64,000 nt of DNA from the NCBI GenBank assembly GCA_023663735.1, contig JAMPGV010000006.1, positions 2,496-66,495 of the forward strand. Direction: 5' to 3'. Both the position numbers and the translations under genes were made by a program. Below are positions 46,713 through 57,300 of this stretch, one piece after another. The notes under the pieces were generated by a model that made no database searches, was not told the origin of the DNA, and saw nothing but the letters and a program-made list of their open reading frames with translations. Position 1 is the first letter of the stretch. Each line of letters begins with the position of its first letter. This DNA is from Muribaculum sp. (GTDB taxonomy: Bacteria > Bacillota > Clostridia > Lachnospirales > Lachnospiraceae).

Positions 46713-49700
46713 ATGAACCGAAAGAAAACGAAGTTACTGTCAATTCTGTTGGCAGGCGTTCTGGCGTTTCAGTCCGCCGGGATCTCTGCCACAGCCGCTT
46801 CGGACAGCGCTGCGGATCTCATACAGATTTCCGGCGGCGATCTTTCCGAGATGAACCTCGCGGATCTCACAGGCGGACTGCCCTCGGATGATGTATCCGA
46901 AGAGACGGCGCTTGAACATGTGGACGGAGCCGATGCGGACGTTGATGCACAGGCAGAGGATTCCGTTGTCGGCGTCGGAGATGCAGCGGACGCCGTGGAA
47001 GATGCGGACGGCACGACCGACGGAGAGGAACTCGGTACCACAGAGGGGAATACCCCCCCTAGTACAGAAATATCCGTGGAATTGTCCTCGCTGTTCCCGG
47101 GTCTTCCCGAGAGCTACACGCTCTCCAAGGAGCAGTTGAGCAACAAGGAGCTGCTCGCACAGCACACGGACGATATTGCGCCTTTCATGGCGGAGGACAA
47201 CACCCGCTTCTATGCCAAGAGCCAAATCATCTATATGGCGGAGAGTGAAGAGGACGCTCAGACGGCTGCCGAAGCCTTCGGCGGTACCTTGGGCGGTTAC
47301 GACATGGGCATCGCCCTAATCGTCCTGCCTGAGAACAGAACCGTGGCACAGGCCGTACTGGCTGCCTCCAGCGATTCCATCAACCTGCCCGCCGTATGGC
47401 CCAATTACTACAAAGAGCTTTACGCCGACTACACCGACCCCGCGTTAAGCGACAAACAGGTCGGCTATCAGTGGCAGCACGAAGCAGTCGGCAGCCGCTA
47501 CGCATGGGACGCAGGCTACAAGGGACAGGGCGTCAAAGTCGGCGTCATTGACACCGGCATCCGGAACAGCCATGAGGAGTTCAGCGGCAGAATCGCATCG
47601 CATCTTGCTATGCAGGACACAACTGCAGTTGCCTCCACCACCGATACGGCAGGACACGGCACGCATGTATCCGGCATCGTGGCCGCCAACCTCAACGGCA
47701 AGGGCGGCGCGGGTATCGCTCCCGAGGCTTCCCTCTATGTGTATGACGTGCTGAACACAGATGGCTCCATCGACTCTTATGCGACGGCTAGAGCCATCCG
47801 ACACGCCATCGACAGCCGTTTGGACATCATCAATATGAGTTACGGTTCCCCCATGTTCGACGGAACCGAGAATCTCACCATACAGGAAGCGTACACTGCC
47901 GGAATCGCTCTCTTTGCAGCGGCCGGTAATGACGCCACCAACAGCAAGAGCTATCCAGCGTCCTATTCCAACGTATGTTCCATCGCTTCGTTACAGCAGG
48001 ACGGCAAAAAATCCTCTTTCACCAACTTTAACGAAGCCGTAGATCTGGCATTCCCCGGATCCGATATCTACTCTACCGTCTACGACGGCGATTCCGCTTA
48101 TGGCTACAAGGACGGCACCAGTATGGCCTGCCCCGTGGCTGCAGGCGTGGCAGCGGTCATTCTCTCCGGCGCGGATCAGGTTTCCGAGCTGAAAGGCAAA
48201 ACCGGAAAAGCCCGCGTGGACGCCCTATATAAAGTGATGCGCAGCAAGGCCAAGAAATCTCCTTCGGCCGGAACGGGTGCGGGAACCACCTATTTGCCCT
48301 CCGTATTTAACCTGACGGTTGACAATGCGGCCGCCGTTCCCGCTACGCCGAAATTCAGCCTGAACAGCAAACAGGCCATTGCGGATACCTTTGCGACTCT
48401 GAATATCACAAGCGATACCAAGACAGGCGTATCCATTTATTACACTACCGACGGCAAGAAGCCCGCTCTGAAGAACGGCGCTGTGACCACCGGCGAACTC
48501 TATACCGGCGCCATCACCATCGGCGGCGCCAAGAAAGTGACCGTAAAGGCTATCGCCGTGAACCTTGCAACCGGCAAGTCCAGCAAACTGGCTTCCGCCA
48601 CCTATACCTTTGCACCCAATCCCATCGGCGTAGAACTGACCGCCAAGGGAAATGTGACGAAGCTCGCTCCCGGAGGCAGCCTCACGCTCAAGGCTCAAGT
48701 ATTGCCTTCCTATGCGGTATCCAACAAGGTGGTCTGGTCGGTAAGTCCCGCAGACAAGGGCGTTACCGTGAAGAACGGCAAAGTGTCCGTCGCTAAGGAC
48801 GCTACGCCCGGCAGTTACTCCGTTCGGGCAACCGCCGTGGACAAAAAGGGCAATGCGTATGCAGCCGCAGCTCCCGGAATCTATGACTTTACAGTCATTT
48901 CGTCCGAGGCAAGGGTAAAATCCATTAAATTAAAGAGCAAGACCGCTTCCCTGTATGCAAAGGGAGCTTCCATGAATCTGGCCGACGGCATCACCGTCAC
49001 CTATGCGGACGGCAGCGCCGGAACGGCAGATGATGTAGTCTGGAGCAGCAGTGATCCCAGCATCGTCTATGTCGTACCGTCCAAAACGACTCAGGAACCT
49101 GTCGCTGGAATGATCACCGGCAGGAAAGCCGGCACCGCGACGATCACCGCAACGGCCAACGACGGCACCGGCAAGAGCGCAAGCTGCAAAGTCACCGTGA
49201 AACAGACCGCCACCGGCTTAAAGCTGGAGGGCGCTTCCAAACTTGCCGCCGGCAAGAGCATGACGTTAAAGGCTACCATCTCTCCTTCCAATGTGTCCTC
49301 CAAGACACTGGAGTGGACGGTGTCAGGCGGCAGCGGCGTCACCGTGAAGAACGGCAAAGTATCCGCCGCCAAGAATGCAAGCGGTACCTGCACCGTCACG
49401 GCGACCACGACCGACGCACCAGAGGGAGCGCAGAATCAATCCGCTTCCATCCAGATTACGATCGTAAATGATCCGATTAAGAGCATTACCGTACAAAAGA
49501 CCTTGAATCTGTTCACTACGGCCGGCAATTCCAACGCGCCTACCTCCGCGCTTCTCAGCGCAACGGTAAATGGCGGGGATCCTTCCGCCGTCACCTATAC
49601 CAGCAGCGCGCCGGGCATCGCCTCCGTGGATCCCACGACCGGATTGGTTCGGGCGAAATCCAGCGGAAAGGCCAAGATTACCTGTGCGGCTACCGACGGA

Positions 49701-50381
49701 AGCGGCAAGAAGAGCGTATGTAACGTCACGGTCAGCGTACCCATGTCCCGTCTCACCATAGTACCCGCTGTGGAAAATGACGGCTATGTATCCGTGGGCA
49801 GCTCCTTGAAATTAACGACCAAAGCCGGAACCAGCTTCGGCAATCCGCAGAATACCAAAGTGAAGTGGATCGTACCGGATGGCTTGGAAGATTGCTATTC
49901 CGTCAGCAGCGCCGGCGTCATCAAACCCAAGGCGTCCATTACCAACCGTCTGGGTGCTAGCGAATCGGGCGGAAAGGTTAAGGTCATCGCACAGGCGATG
50001 GACGGAAGCGGTGTGAGTGCAGAGTATACTTTCGTCATACTCCGCAAAATCAAAACATATGAAATTAAATGGATGAACTCCATAGGGTTCGTTCCGACAG
50101 TGACATATGATAACGGAATGGTAGATAACACGATTCCTTATACCGCTACTATCTCCGCACCTAAGAATAAGCACATTGCCTTTAGCAAAGGTAATTACAA
50201 CGAATTCTTCCTGTATATCGACGAAGTGACGACCAATAAGAGCAAGAACTCTCTCTTCTGGTTTGCAAGCGACGGTGTGAAAGTATCCGTAAAGTTAAAA
50301 CTGCAGACCGGCAACAAGACCGCTTCCAAGACTTACATTGTCATCCACACAAAAGACGGCGGTAACATCATGGCAGAATAA
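46713..50381 (+). CDS. Secreted S8 (subtilisin-like) serine protease with Ig-like (Big_2) repeats
   Basis: Signal peptide; VIDTG, GHGTHVSG, AAGN, GTSMACP; IYYTTDGK domain; VVWSSSDP/ITATANDG Ig-like repeats. Confidence 0.93.
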   Translation: MNRKKTKLLSILLAGVLAFQSAGISATAASDSAADLIQISGGDLSEMNLADLTGGLPSDDVSEETALEHVDGADADVDAQAEDSVVGVGDAADAVEDADGTTDGEELGTTEGNTPPSTEISVELSSLFPGLPESYTLSKEQLSNKELLAQHTDDIAPFMAEDNTRFYAKSQIIYMAESEEDAQTAAEAFGGTLGGYDMGIALIVLPENRTVAQAVLAASSDSINLPAVWPNYYKELYADYTDPALSDKQVGYQWQHEAVGSRYAWDAGYKGQGVKVGVIDTGIRNSHEEFSGRIASHLAMQDTTAVASTTDTAGHGTHVSGIVAANLNGKGGAGIAPEASLYVYDVLNTDGSIDSYATARAIRHAIDSRLDIINMSYGSPMFDGTENLTIQEAYTAGIALFAAAGNDATNSKSYPASYSNVCSIASLQQDGKKSSFTNFNEAVDLAFPGSDIYSTVYDGDSAYGYKDGTSMACPVAAGVAAVILSGADQVSELKGKTGKARVDALYKVMRSKAKKSPSAGTGAGTTYLPSVFNLTVDNAAAVPATPKFSLNSKQAIADTFATLNITSDTKTGVSIYYTTDGKKPALKNGAVTTGELYTGAITIGGAKKVTVKAIAVNLATGKSSKLASATYTFAPNPIGVELTAKGNVTKLAPGGSLTLKAQVLPSYAVSNKVVWSVSPADKGVTVKNGKVSVAKDATPGSYSVRATAVDKKGNAYAAAAPGIYDFTVISSEARVKSIKLKSKTASLYAKGASMNLADGITVTYADGSAGTADDVVWSSSDPSIVYVVPSKTTQEPVAGMITGRKAGTATITATANDGTGKSASCKVTVKQTATGLKLEGASKLAAGKSMTLKATISPSNVSSKTLEWTVSGGSGVTVKNGKVSAAKNASGTCTVTATTTDAPEGAQNQSASIQITIVNDPIKSITVQKTLNLFTTAGNSNAPTSALLSATVNGGDPSAVTYTSSAPGIASVDPTTGLVRAKSSGKAKITCAATDGSGKKSVCNVTVSVPMSRLTIVPAVENDGYVSVGSSLKLTTKAGTSFGNPQNTKVKWIVPDGLEDCYSVSSAGVIKPKASITNRLGASESGGKVKVIAQAMDGSGVSAEYTFVILRKIKTYEIKWMNSIGFVPTVTYDNGMVDNTIPYTATISAPKNKHIAFSKGNYNEFFLYIDEVTTNKSKNSLFWFASDGVKVSVKLKLQTGNKTASKTYIVIHTKDGGNIMAE

Positions 50382-50462
50382 GGAATGCGTTCGGAATCCA
50401 AGCGATTCGCAAAGCGACGGATTCACAAAATGGATGAATGAATAGATTCGTGCCAACAATTT

Positions 50463-50500
50463 AAAAGACCGTCCCGGGCAATGCCTCGGGACGGTCTTTT
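50463..50500. terminator. Bidirectional terminator
   Basis: aaaagaccgtcccggg-caatg-cctcgggacggtctttt between convergent genes. Confidence 0.85.
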
Positions 50501-50515
50501 GTCATTCAAGCGCTC

Positions 50516-50689
50516 TCACATCTGGCGCCGCACGACCCCATACTCGTCGTCCGCCCGGAAATACGGACACTCCTGCCCGGTTCCCGTCAAGAACCGATAC
50601 ATCTCGTCCTCGTCCAGATTTACCATACAGCTATAACACTCATAGTCCTCGTCATATACATAATTGACACACATGTCACATATACTCAT
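50516..50689 (-). CDS. Small Cys-rich protein (DUF6472-like), 57 aa, absent from the ORF track
   Basis: Manual translation MSICDMCVNYVYDEDYECYSCMVNLDEDEMYRFLTGTGQECPYFRADDEYGVVRRQM; GAGG RBS. Confidence 0.75.
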   Translation of the reverse strand: MSICDMCVNYVYDEDYECYSCMVNLDEDEMYRFLTGTGQECPYFRADDEYGVVRRQM

Positions 50690-50746
50690 ACTCTATTCCT
50701 CTTCCTAAATCTTAAGTAATTGTGAAACGTCAATTTTCATAATCAC

Positions 50747-51598
50747 CTATTTTTCTTTTTCCCCGTGCAGATAGGCGTAAATCTCCCGCTTTCCCACGCC
50801 CCGGTCTCTGGCCACCTGTTTCATGGCCGCCTTGTTGTCCATACCCTGCCCTTCATAATAGGCCATATGTTCCTCAATGCTTCTATCCTCCCAGGACGCG
50901 ATTTCCTCCTGTCGTTTCTCGGCAAAGCTCTTCCCCTCCAGCACCAGCACATACTCCCCTCTCGGCTCCTCGTTCCGGTACAAAAGCAGCGCCTCCTGCA
51001 AGGTGGTGGGCAGAACCGTCTCAAACTTCTTGGTCAGTTCTCGGCAGATCGTGATTTTCCGCTGTCCCAGCGCTTCGTACAGCTCCTCCAGCGTCCGCAC
51101 CAGACGATGGGGCGCTTCATAGAGGATGATGGTGCGGCTTTCCGACGCCAGCTCCTCCAGCACATTCCTTTTTTCTTTCTTATCCGACGGGAGAAACCCC
51201 TCGAAGCAGAACCGTCTGGCGGACAGCCCGGACAAGGTCAGCGCCGTGATGCAGGCCGCCGCCCCCGGCAGGGAAGTCACCGGTACGCCGTTCTCATGGC
51301 ACATCCTCACCAGCACCTCCCCGGGATCGGAGATTGCGGGAGTCCCCGCATCGGTAATCAGCGCAATATTCTGCCCGCTTAACAACTGTCCCACGAGCTG
51401 CCTTGCCTTCTCCACCTTGTTGTATTCATGATAACTGGTCATGGCGGTATGTATGTCAAAATGGTTCAAAAGCCGGATGCTGTTGCGGGTATCCTCCGCA
51501 GCGATCACATCCACGCTCCGCAGCGTCTCCACCACTCTGGGCGTCATATCCTGCAAATTTCCAATGGGTGTGGCGCATAAAAACAAGGTTCCTGCCAT
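50747..51598 (-). CDS. rsmI: 16S rRNA (cytidine1402-2'-O)-methyltransferase
   Basis: ATPIGNL, AAEDTR, TDAGTPAISDPG, RELTKKFE; start MAGTLFL with GGAGG RBS. Confidence 0.95.
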   Translation of the reverse strand: MAGTLFLCATPIGNLQDMTPRVVETLRSVDVIAAEDTRNSIRLLNHFDIHTAMTSYHEYNKVEKARQLVGQLLSGQNIALITDAGTPAISDPGEVLVRMCHENGVPVTSLPGAAACITALTLSGLSARRFCFEGFLPSDKKEKRNVLEELASESRTIILYEAPHRLVRTLEELYEALGQRKITICRELTKKFETVLPTTLQEALLLYRNEEPRGEYVLVLEGKSFAEKRQEEIASWEDRSIEEHMAYYEGQGMDNKAAMKQVARDRGVGKREIYAYLHGEKEK

Positions 51599-51649
51599 GT
51601 CAAATCCTCCTTCCATGACCATGTACCGTTCCAATACTCCGTCCTTGAT

Positions 51650-51745
51650 CCGGCACGTCCCGCATGTCCGCATGTCCCGACACGTCCTGCATATCCCGGC
51701 ATATCTCGCATGTCTCACATGTCCCGTATATCCCGGCATGTCCGT
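51650..51745. repeat. Degenerate 9-10 bp tandem repeat (gcatgtccc-like), intergenic
   Basis: cggcacgtccc gcatgtcc gcatgtccc gacacgtcct gcatatccc ggcatatctc gcatgtctc ... Confidence 0.7.
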
Positions 51746-51747
51746 CT

Positions 51748-52494
51748 CTAGTATCCGTATGTCTCCCGGATCTCCGGCGTGTAAACGCCCTGCCGCTCGA
51801 AGATAATGAGCGGTTTCTCCACCGTCATGCGGGGTCTTGCACCCCGCACCGCCTCGATCAGCACCATGTTCGGCTCTTTGTCCACATAGGGGTACACCAA
51901 CTGCATCCGCTTCGGTTCCAGTTTGTATTGCGACAGGCATGTCATAATTTCCGCCAACCGGAAGGGTCTGTGTACCATGAAAAAATGTCCTCCGGGTCTC
52001 AACAGTTTCGCCGTCACGCGGATCACATCTTCCAGCGTACACAAAAGTTCATGGCGGGCGATCGCCTTGGGAGCCTCCGGGTTGGTCAGGCCGTGCCGCC
52101 CGATCATATACGGGGGATTGCAGGTGACACAGTCAAAGGAAGCAGACTTCCATAGGCCGTCTGCTTCCTTGATATCTCCCGTCACAATATCGATCACATC
52201 GGACAGGCCGTTCAGCGCCACGCTCCTGCGGGCCATATCCGCACTCTCCTCCTGAATCTCCAGACCGTCCAGATGCGCGCAGCGGTACTTGGCGTACATC
52301 AAAAGCGGAATGATGCCCGTCCCCGTCCCTAGATCCAAGAGCCTGTCCGCCGGGTCCGCATGTGCGAATCCGGTCAGCAGCACCGCATCCATGCCGAAGC
52401 AGAACTTTTCCGGATTTTGGATAATTTGATACCCGTTGCGCTGCAGATCATCAATCCGCTCATTGGGTTTCAGATGAATTTCCCGCGTTTCCAT
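51748..52494 (-). CDS. tRNA1(Val) A37 N6-methyltransferase (YabB/TrmN6 family)
   Basis: FCFGMDAVLL, LDLGTGTG, CNPPY, ARHE; start METREIHL. Confidence 0.9.
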   Translation of the reverse strand: METREIHLKPNERIDDLQRNGYQIIQNPEKFCFGMDAVLLTGFAHADPADRLLDLGTGTGIIPLLMYAKYRCAHLDGLEIQEESADMARRSVALNGLSDVIDIVTGDIKEADGLWKSASFDCVTCNPPYMIGRHGLTNPEAPKAIARHELLCTLEDVIRVTAKLLRPGGHFFMVHRPFRLAEIMTCLSQYKLEPKRMQLVYPYVDKEPNMVLIEAVRGARPRMTVEKPLIIFERQGVYTPEIRETYGY

Positions 52495-53791
52495 TCTGCT
52501 CGGGCTTCCTCCCTGACTTATACTTTCTGTCCCTTCTATAATGGCGCTCCCCCGAATGGTTCTCCTGCGCATTGTTCCGGCGGTTGTTCTCATACCGGCC
52601 GCCTTCGCGCCGGTTCCCGTCCGTCCGGCTGCGGTCGCGGTCACGCCTGTATTCGCCCCGCCCGTTCTCCTGCCGTCCGTCTTCCTGCCGATTCCGTCTC
52701 TCGCCGAAGGCGTCTCTGTTCCCGCGGTCACGCCTCTGCTCGCTGCGGCCGCCGTCCTGATATCTGTTTTCTTGATATCTGTTTTCCCGCTGTCCGCCCG
52801 TTCGGTTTCCCTCTTGGAACCGATTCTCACGCTGTCCGCCCGTCCGGCCGCCTGAGCGATGTTCCGGCTTGTCGTTCTCCCGCTCCTCGGTCTGAATCTC
52901 CTCCAGCTCTTCCTTCTCTAGTCGCTCTAACTCCTGCAGCTCCTCGGGCGAGAGTTCCATGCGCTCTTTCTTGGTATGCTTCCGTTTGAAATGAAGCTGT
53001 CCCACTTCATACTCTTTGATCTCCTTGGAATCGCCTTCCTCCACCAGCACCTTCACCAGCTGCCGCAAGACATTGACGCTCTGCACCTCGCCTTTGCTGC
53101 CGTCCTCCGCCGTCACCGTATCGCCCACGCTGGGAAGCTTGCGGTTCAATTCCTCATAGGTCTCTTCCTCATTTTTCAGACAGCACATCAGACGCCCGCA
53201 GACGCCCGAAATCTTGGTGGGATTCAGCGACAGATTCTGCTCCTTGGCCATCTTAATCGAAACCGGGATAAAATCGGACAGATAGCTGTGACAGCACAGC
53301 GGTCTGCCGCAGATTCCGATACCGCCGAGAATCTTCGTCTCATCCCGCACACCGATCTGCCGCAGTTCGATGCGGGTCTTAAATACTCCGGCCAGATCCT
53401 TTACCAGCTCGCGGAAGTCAATTCGTCCGTCCGCCGTAAAATAAAACAGGACTTTATTGTTGTCAAACGTATATTCCGCGTCGATCAGCTTCATCTCCAG
53501 CCCATGTCTACGGATTTTCTCCTGACAAATCTTAAACGCTTCCTTCTCTTTCTGGCGGTTGGCCTGCTCCTGCTCCACATCCCGCTTGTTGGCGATGCGG
53601 ATCACCGGCTTCAAAGGCTGCACCACCTTCTCCTCCGCCACCTCGCGGATATCCGACACCACCGTCCCGAACTCAATCCCTCTCGCGGTCTCCACGATCA
53701 CATGGTCGCCGCGCTTTATCTCATATTGAAGCGGGTCAAAAAAATAAATCTTCCCCGCCGTGCGAAATCTAACGCCGATTACTCTCACCAT
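52460..53791 (-). CDS. ricT: PSP1-domain protein RicT/YaaT with low-complexity C-tail
   Basis: RIDFRELVKDLA, GICGRPLCC, SGVCGRLMCCL. Confidence 0.92.
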   Translation of the reverse strand: MVRVIGVRFRTAGKIYFFDPLQYEIKRGDHVIVETARGIEFGTVVSDIREVAEEKVVQPLKPVIRIANKRDVEQEQANRQKEKEAFKICQEKIRRHGLEMKLIDAEYTFDNNKVLFYFTADGRIDFRELVKDLAGVFKTRIELRQIGVRDETKILGGIGICGRPLCCHSYLSDFIPVSIKMAKEQNLSLNPTKISGVCGRLMCCLKNEEETYEELNRKLPSVGDTVTAEDGSKGEVQSVNVLRQLVKVLVEEGDSKEIKEYEVGQLHFKRKHTKKERMELSPEELQELERLEKEELEEIQTEERENDKPEHRSGGRTGGQRENRFQEGNRTGGQRENRYQENRYQDGGRSEQRRDRGNRDAFGERRNRQEDGRQENGRGEYRRDRDRSRTDGNRREGGRYENNRRNNAQENHSGERHYRRDRKYKSGRKPEQNGNAGNSSETQ

Positions 53792-53866
53792 CTATGCACC
53801 TCACCTTAATTATTCCGCAGGCCGCCTCTACAGAGCCTGTCCTTTTTCCATGTTCCTTCGTGCTGT

Positions 53867-54112
53867 TTCGCACTTCTCATGTTTTTTGCGCTTCCATGCT
53901 TCTCGCGCTCTTCACACTTCTCATGCTTTTCACGCTTCCATGCTTCTTGCGCTCTTCGCACTTCTCATGCTTTTCACGCTTCCATGCTTCTCACGCTCTT
54001 CGCACTTCTCATGCCTTTCACGCTTCCCATGCCTTTCACGCTTCCATGCTTCTCGCGCTCTTCGCACTTCTCATGCTTTTCACGCTTCCATGCTTCTCAC
54101 GCTCTTCGCACT
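53867..54112. repeat. 44-bp tandem repeat, 5 full copies plus a partial (one copy has an internal 18-bp duplication)
   Basis: Unit ttcgcacttctcatgcttttcacgcttccatgcttctcgcgctc starting at 53867, 53911, 53955, 53999, 54061. Confidence 0.92.
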
Positions 54113-54306
54113 GTCTCACGCAGCTCTCTGCGTCCGCCGCATAGCAGATGATTGTATTATAGCACACATTTTTTCAAAAAACCACTGTTTGATGCGTTCT
54201 GTCTATATTTTCCTTCTGCGCCGCGCCATTCCGCCACCCATATTGACATCATCTCGAAAACAAGCTAAAATACAACTAAATTTGAATTGGGAGAAACGGG
54301 CGGAAC

Positions 54307-57300
54307 ATGCGGAAAATATGGGACTTAAAGCTATGGAAAAGAAAACCGGTATGTGTGGTCACAGCTCTTTTCTCTTTTTTGATGCTCCTCTGCGTCATAC
54401 AAATCCTGCGCCCCTGCCGCCAATACCAATTCGAGGGAGGGCAGACCTTTGACACGGGCGCAGCCGCTCCCGACACGGTCGTGTACGGCGACATCTCCCT
54501 GACGCCCGGCGTATACCGGGTCGAACTCCAATACGATACGGACGCCGATTTGTCTGCAATCTGTACCGTGGCAGACGGCACGGTCTTTGCGGGCGGCCTG
54601 CTCTGCAACGGAGAGCATCTCTACAGCGGACTGAACCGGACCGGATACCATATGTGGCTTTATGAGCCGACCGAAGCGCTGGAGGTGAGAGTCTCCTACG
54701 GCGGAACCGGCAGTCTGATAACCGGCGGCCTGCGGATCGTTGAGACGAATCAACTCTGGACCATGCTGCTGACCGCGTTGCTGGCTCTTTTCGCCGCCGT
54801 CCTTGCGATGCTGACCTATTCCTATTATGACCAAGCGTATCCCATCGCCAAAGAGAAAAAAAGCGCTTTCTTTCTGGTGTCACTGATTGTTCTGGCGGCC
54901 TCTGTCCCCTACCTGTGCGGTTATAATCTGGCCGGAGGAGATCTGACATATCATCTGCAGCGAATTGAGGGCGTGAAGGACGGCCTTTTGACAGGGCAGT
55001 TCCCGGTGAGAATCGAACCCAGATGGCTGTATGGACACGGGTATGCCGACGCCATCTTCTATTGCAATACCTTCCTATATTTTCCCGCCCTGCTCCGTCT
55101 GCTGGGCTTTCCCGTCACGGCCGCTTATAATGCTTACGGGATTGCGGTCAATCTGGCCACGGCGTGGATCGCCTATGTGTGTTTCTACAAAATCTTTGGA
55201 CGGCGTTCTGTCAGCGTCCTTTGCAGCGCCTTATACACCCTTTCCATCGTCAGAATCTACCGGATGTTCATCACCTGCGCCGTGGGCGAGGGTACCGCGC
55301 TCACGTTTCTGCCCTTGATTCTGTACGGTCTCTACCGCATTTTTACCGAGGACATCAAAGCCGACGCCTACAAGACGGCTTGGGTTCCCCTGATGCTTGG
55401 CGTCAGCGGCGTATTGCAGTCCCATGTGCTGACCTGCGAGATCACGGCGGGTGTCATTCTGCTGTTCTGCCTTCTGCAGATCCGAAAAGTATTCCGCCGC
55501 GCCACCTTCCTTCAGCTTCTGAAAAGCGCGCTGGCCTCCCTGTTCGTCAGTCTCTGGTTCCTGACGCCCTTTGTAGACTATTATCTGACGCAGGATCTGC
55601 ACATCCGGAACGTCTCGGGACGCACCATTCAGGACAGAGGCCTCTACCTTGCCCATCTGACGCTTCACTTCTGGACCTCCGGCGCTAACATGCCCATGGC
55701 AGACAGCGGCATGAAAGACTCCCATCCGGCCGGTGTGGGCATGATCCTAGTCGCCGGATTGGCCGTCTTCGTCATTTTATGGTTTTTAGGCGCATTGCGC
55801 ACAACCAAGCCAAACCTTGCCCGCTTTGCCAAAATTTCCGCGGCGGCGGGGATGCTTCTGTTATTTATGAGTACACGCTCTTTCCCTTGGGACAGGCTGC
55901 AGGCAATGCATCCCGTGGCGGCCGCGCTGGTGAGCAGTCTTCAGATTCCCAACCGGACGCTGGGATGGGCAAGCGTCTGTCTGGTCTTTGCATTCGGTTT
56001 CTGCCTGTGCCATTTCGGGGCGCATCGGCAGACTGTGGCTGCGGTCATGGCAGCCGCCGCCCTCATGGGCATCACCACCTCCGGCATGTATCTGATCGAC
56101 TCCGCCAACGCCGGACAAAACTATCTGGAGCTTTACAACGAAGAGGGCATGGGGTTCGGCTATATCTCAGGTGCGGAATATCTCATTGAGGGAACCGACG
56201 AAAGCAGATTGACTTTCTCCGGCCCTGCTGCAGACGGTGGAACGGAAATCCTCTCCTACGAGGGAGGCGCTCTGCAGGCGCAGCTCGAATGTGTCAACTA
56301 CACCCGGGACAACAGCTATGTGGATCTGCCTTTCCTGCTCTATAAGGGCTACCGGGCTTTCGATACGGAGACGGGGCAGGCGCTTCCCGTTTGCGCCGGG
56401 GACAATCAGTCGGTGCGCGTCGTTCTGCCGCCCTATTATTCCGGTGCGCTGGATGTGCGCTTTGTCAGCCCGGTTTACTGGCGGATCAGCGAAGGCATCA
56501 GTCTGGCGGCTCTGTTGATCCTGCTCCTGTTGTGGTATCGATACCGCTCCGGGCAAAGAAACGCGCCCAAGACGGCCGCCGCTTGGGATGACACAGCCCG
56601 GAACGATGCTTTTTCCTCTGTCGGTTCCGGAATCCGCGGCGGACGGACGAGCGGAAGCAGGCAGGTTCTCCTCTGGGGACTGCTTGCAGGAATATTTGTA
56701 GCTTATTTTCCCTATCTGACGAATTATCTGTCTCTGGGAACGGATACGCCCGCCTATTTGAACCGCATCGCCTTTTGGGCGGATGCTCTCGGTTCGCGGG
56801 CTTCCTTGGGCGCTTTCCGTCCGGACGATCTGCTCCTATGGCTTCCCGCCCTGTCGCGGATGATCGGTTTCCCGCTCATGGACGCCTATAAACAATTTGT
56901 CTTCCTGACGATTGCCCTCACGGCGGTCTGCTCCTGCCACGCTCTCCGAACCTGTGTGAAGCAGGACTATGCCGCGCTGTCCGGCAGCCTGTTCTGTCTG
57001 CTGTCGCCCTATAGCATATCCTGTCTCTACAAAAGAGGAGCCGTGGCGGAATATCTGGCTATGGCGTGCCTGTTCCTGATTGTCTGCGGAATCTCTCTCC
57101 TGTGTGTGACGGACGGCGTCAAACGCCGAATCCGCGGTTTTTTGTATGTGCTGGGCGGTGCGGCCGTTCTGCTGCCCTGCCTCTGGAATCTGGGATGCAT
57201 CACCGTAGTCTTTGCCCCGCTCTGCTGTGTTCTCCTCTCCTTCGAGGCAGCTTATCTTGTCCGGCGGCTCATGGAGAACCCCTCGCCGCTTCGCCAAACG

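Noticed and set aside
53794-54452. Repetitive ORFs or a second CRISPR array
   Set aside because: Head-to-tail 44-bp tandem repeat with no unique spacers; the ORFs are by-products of stop-poor repeats.
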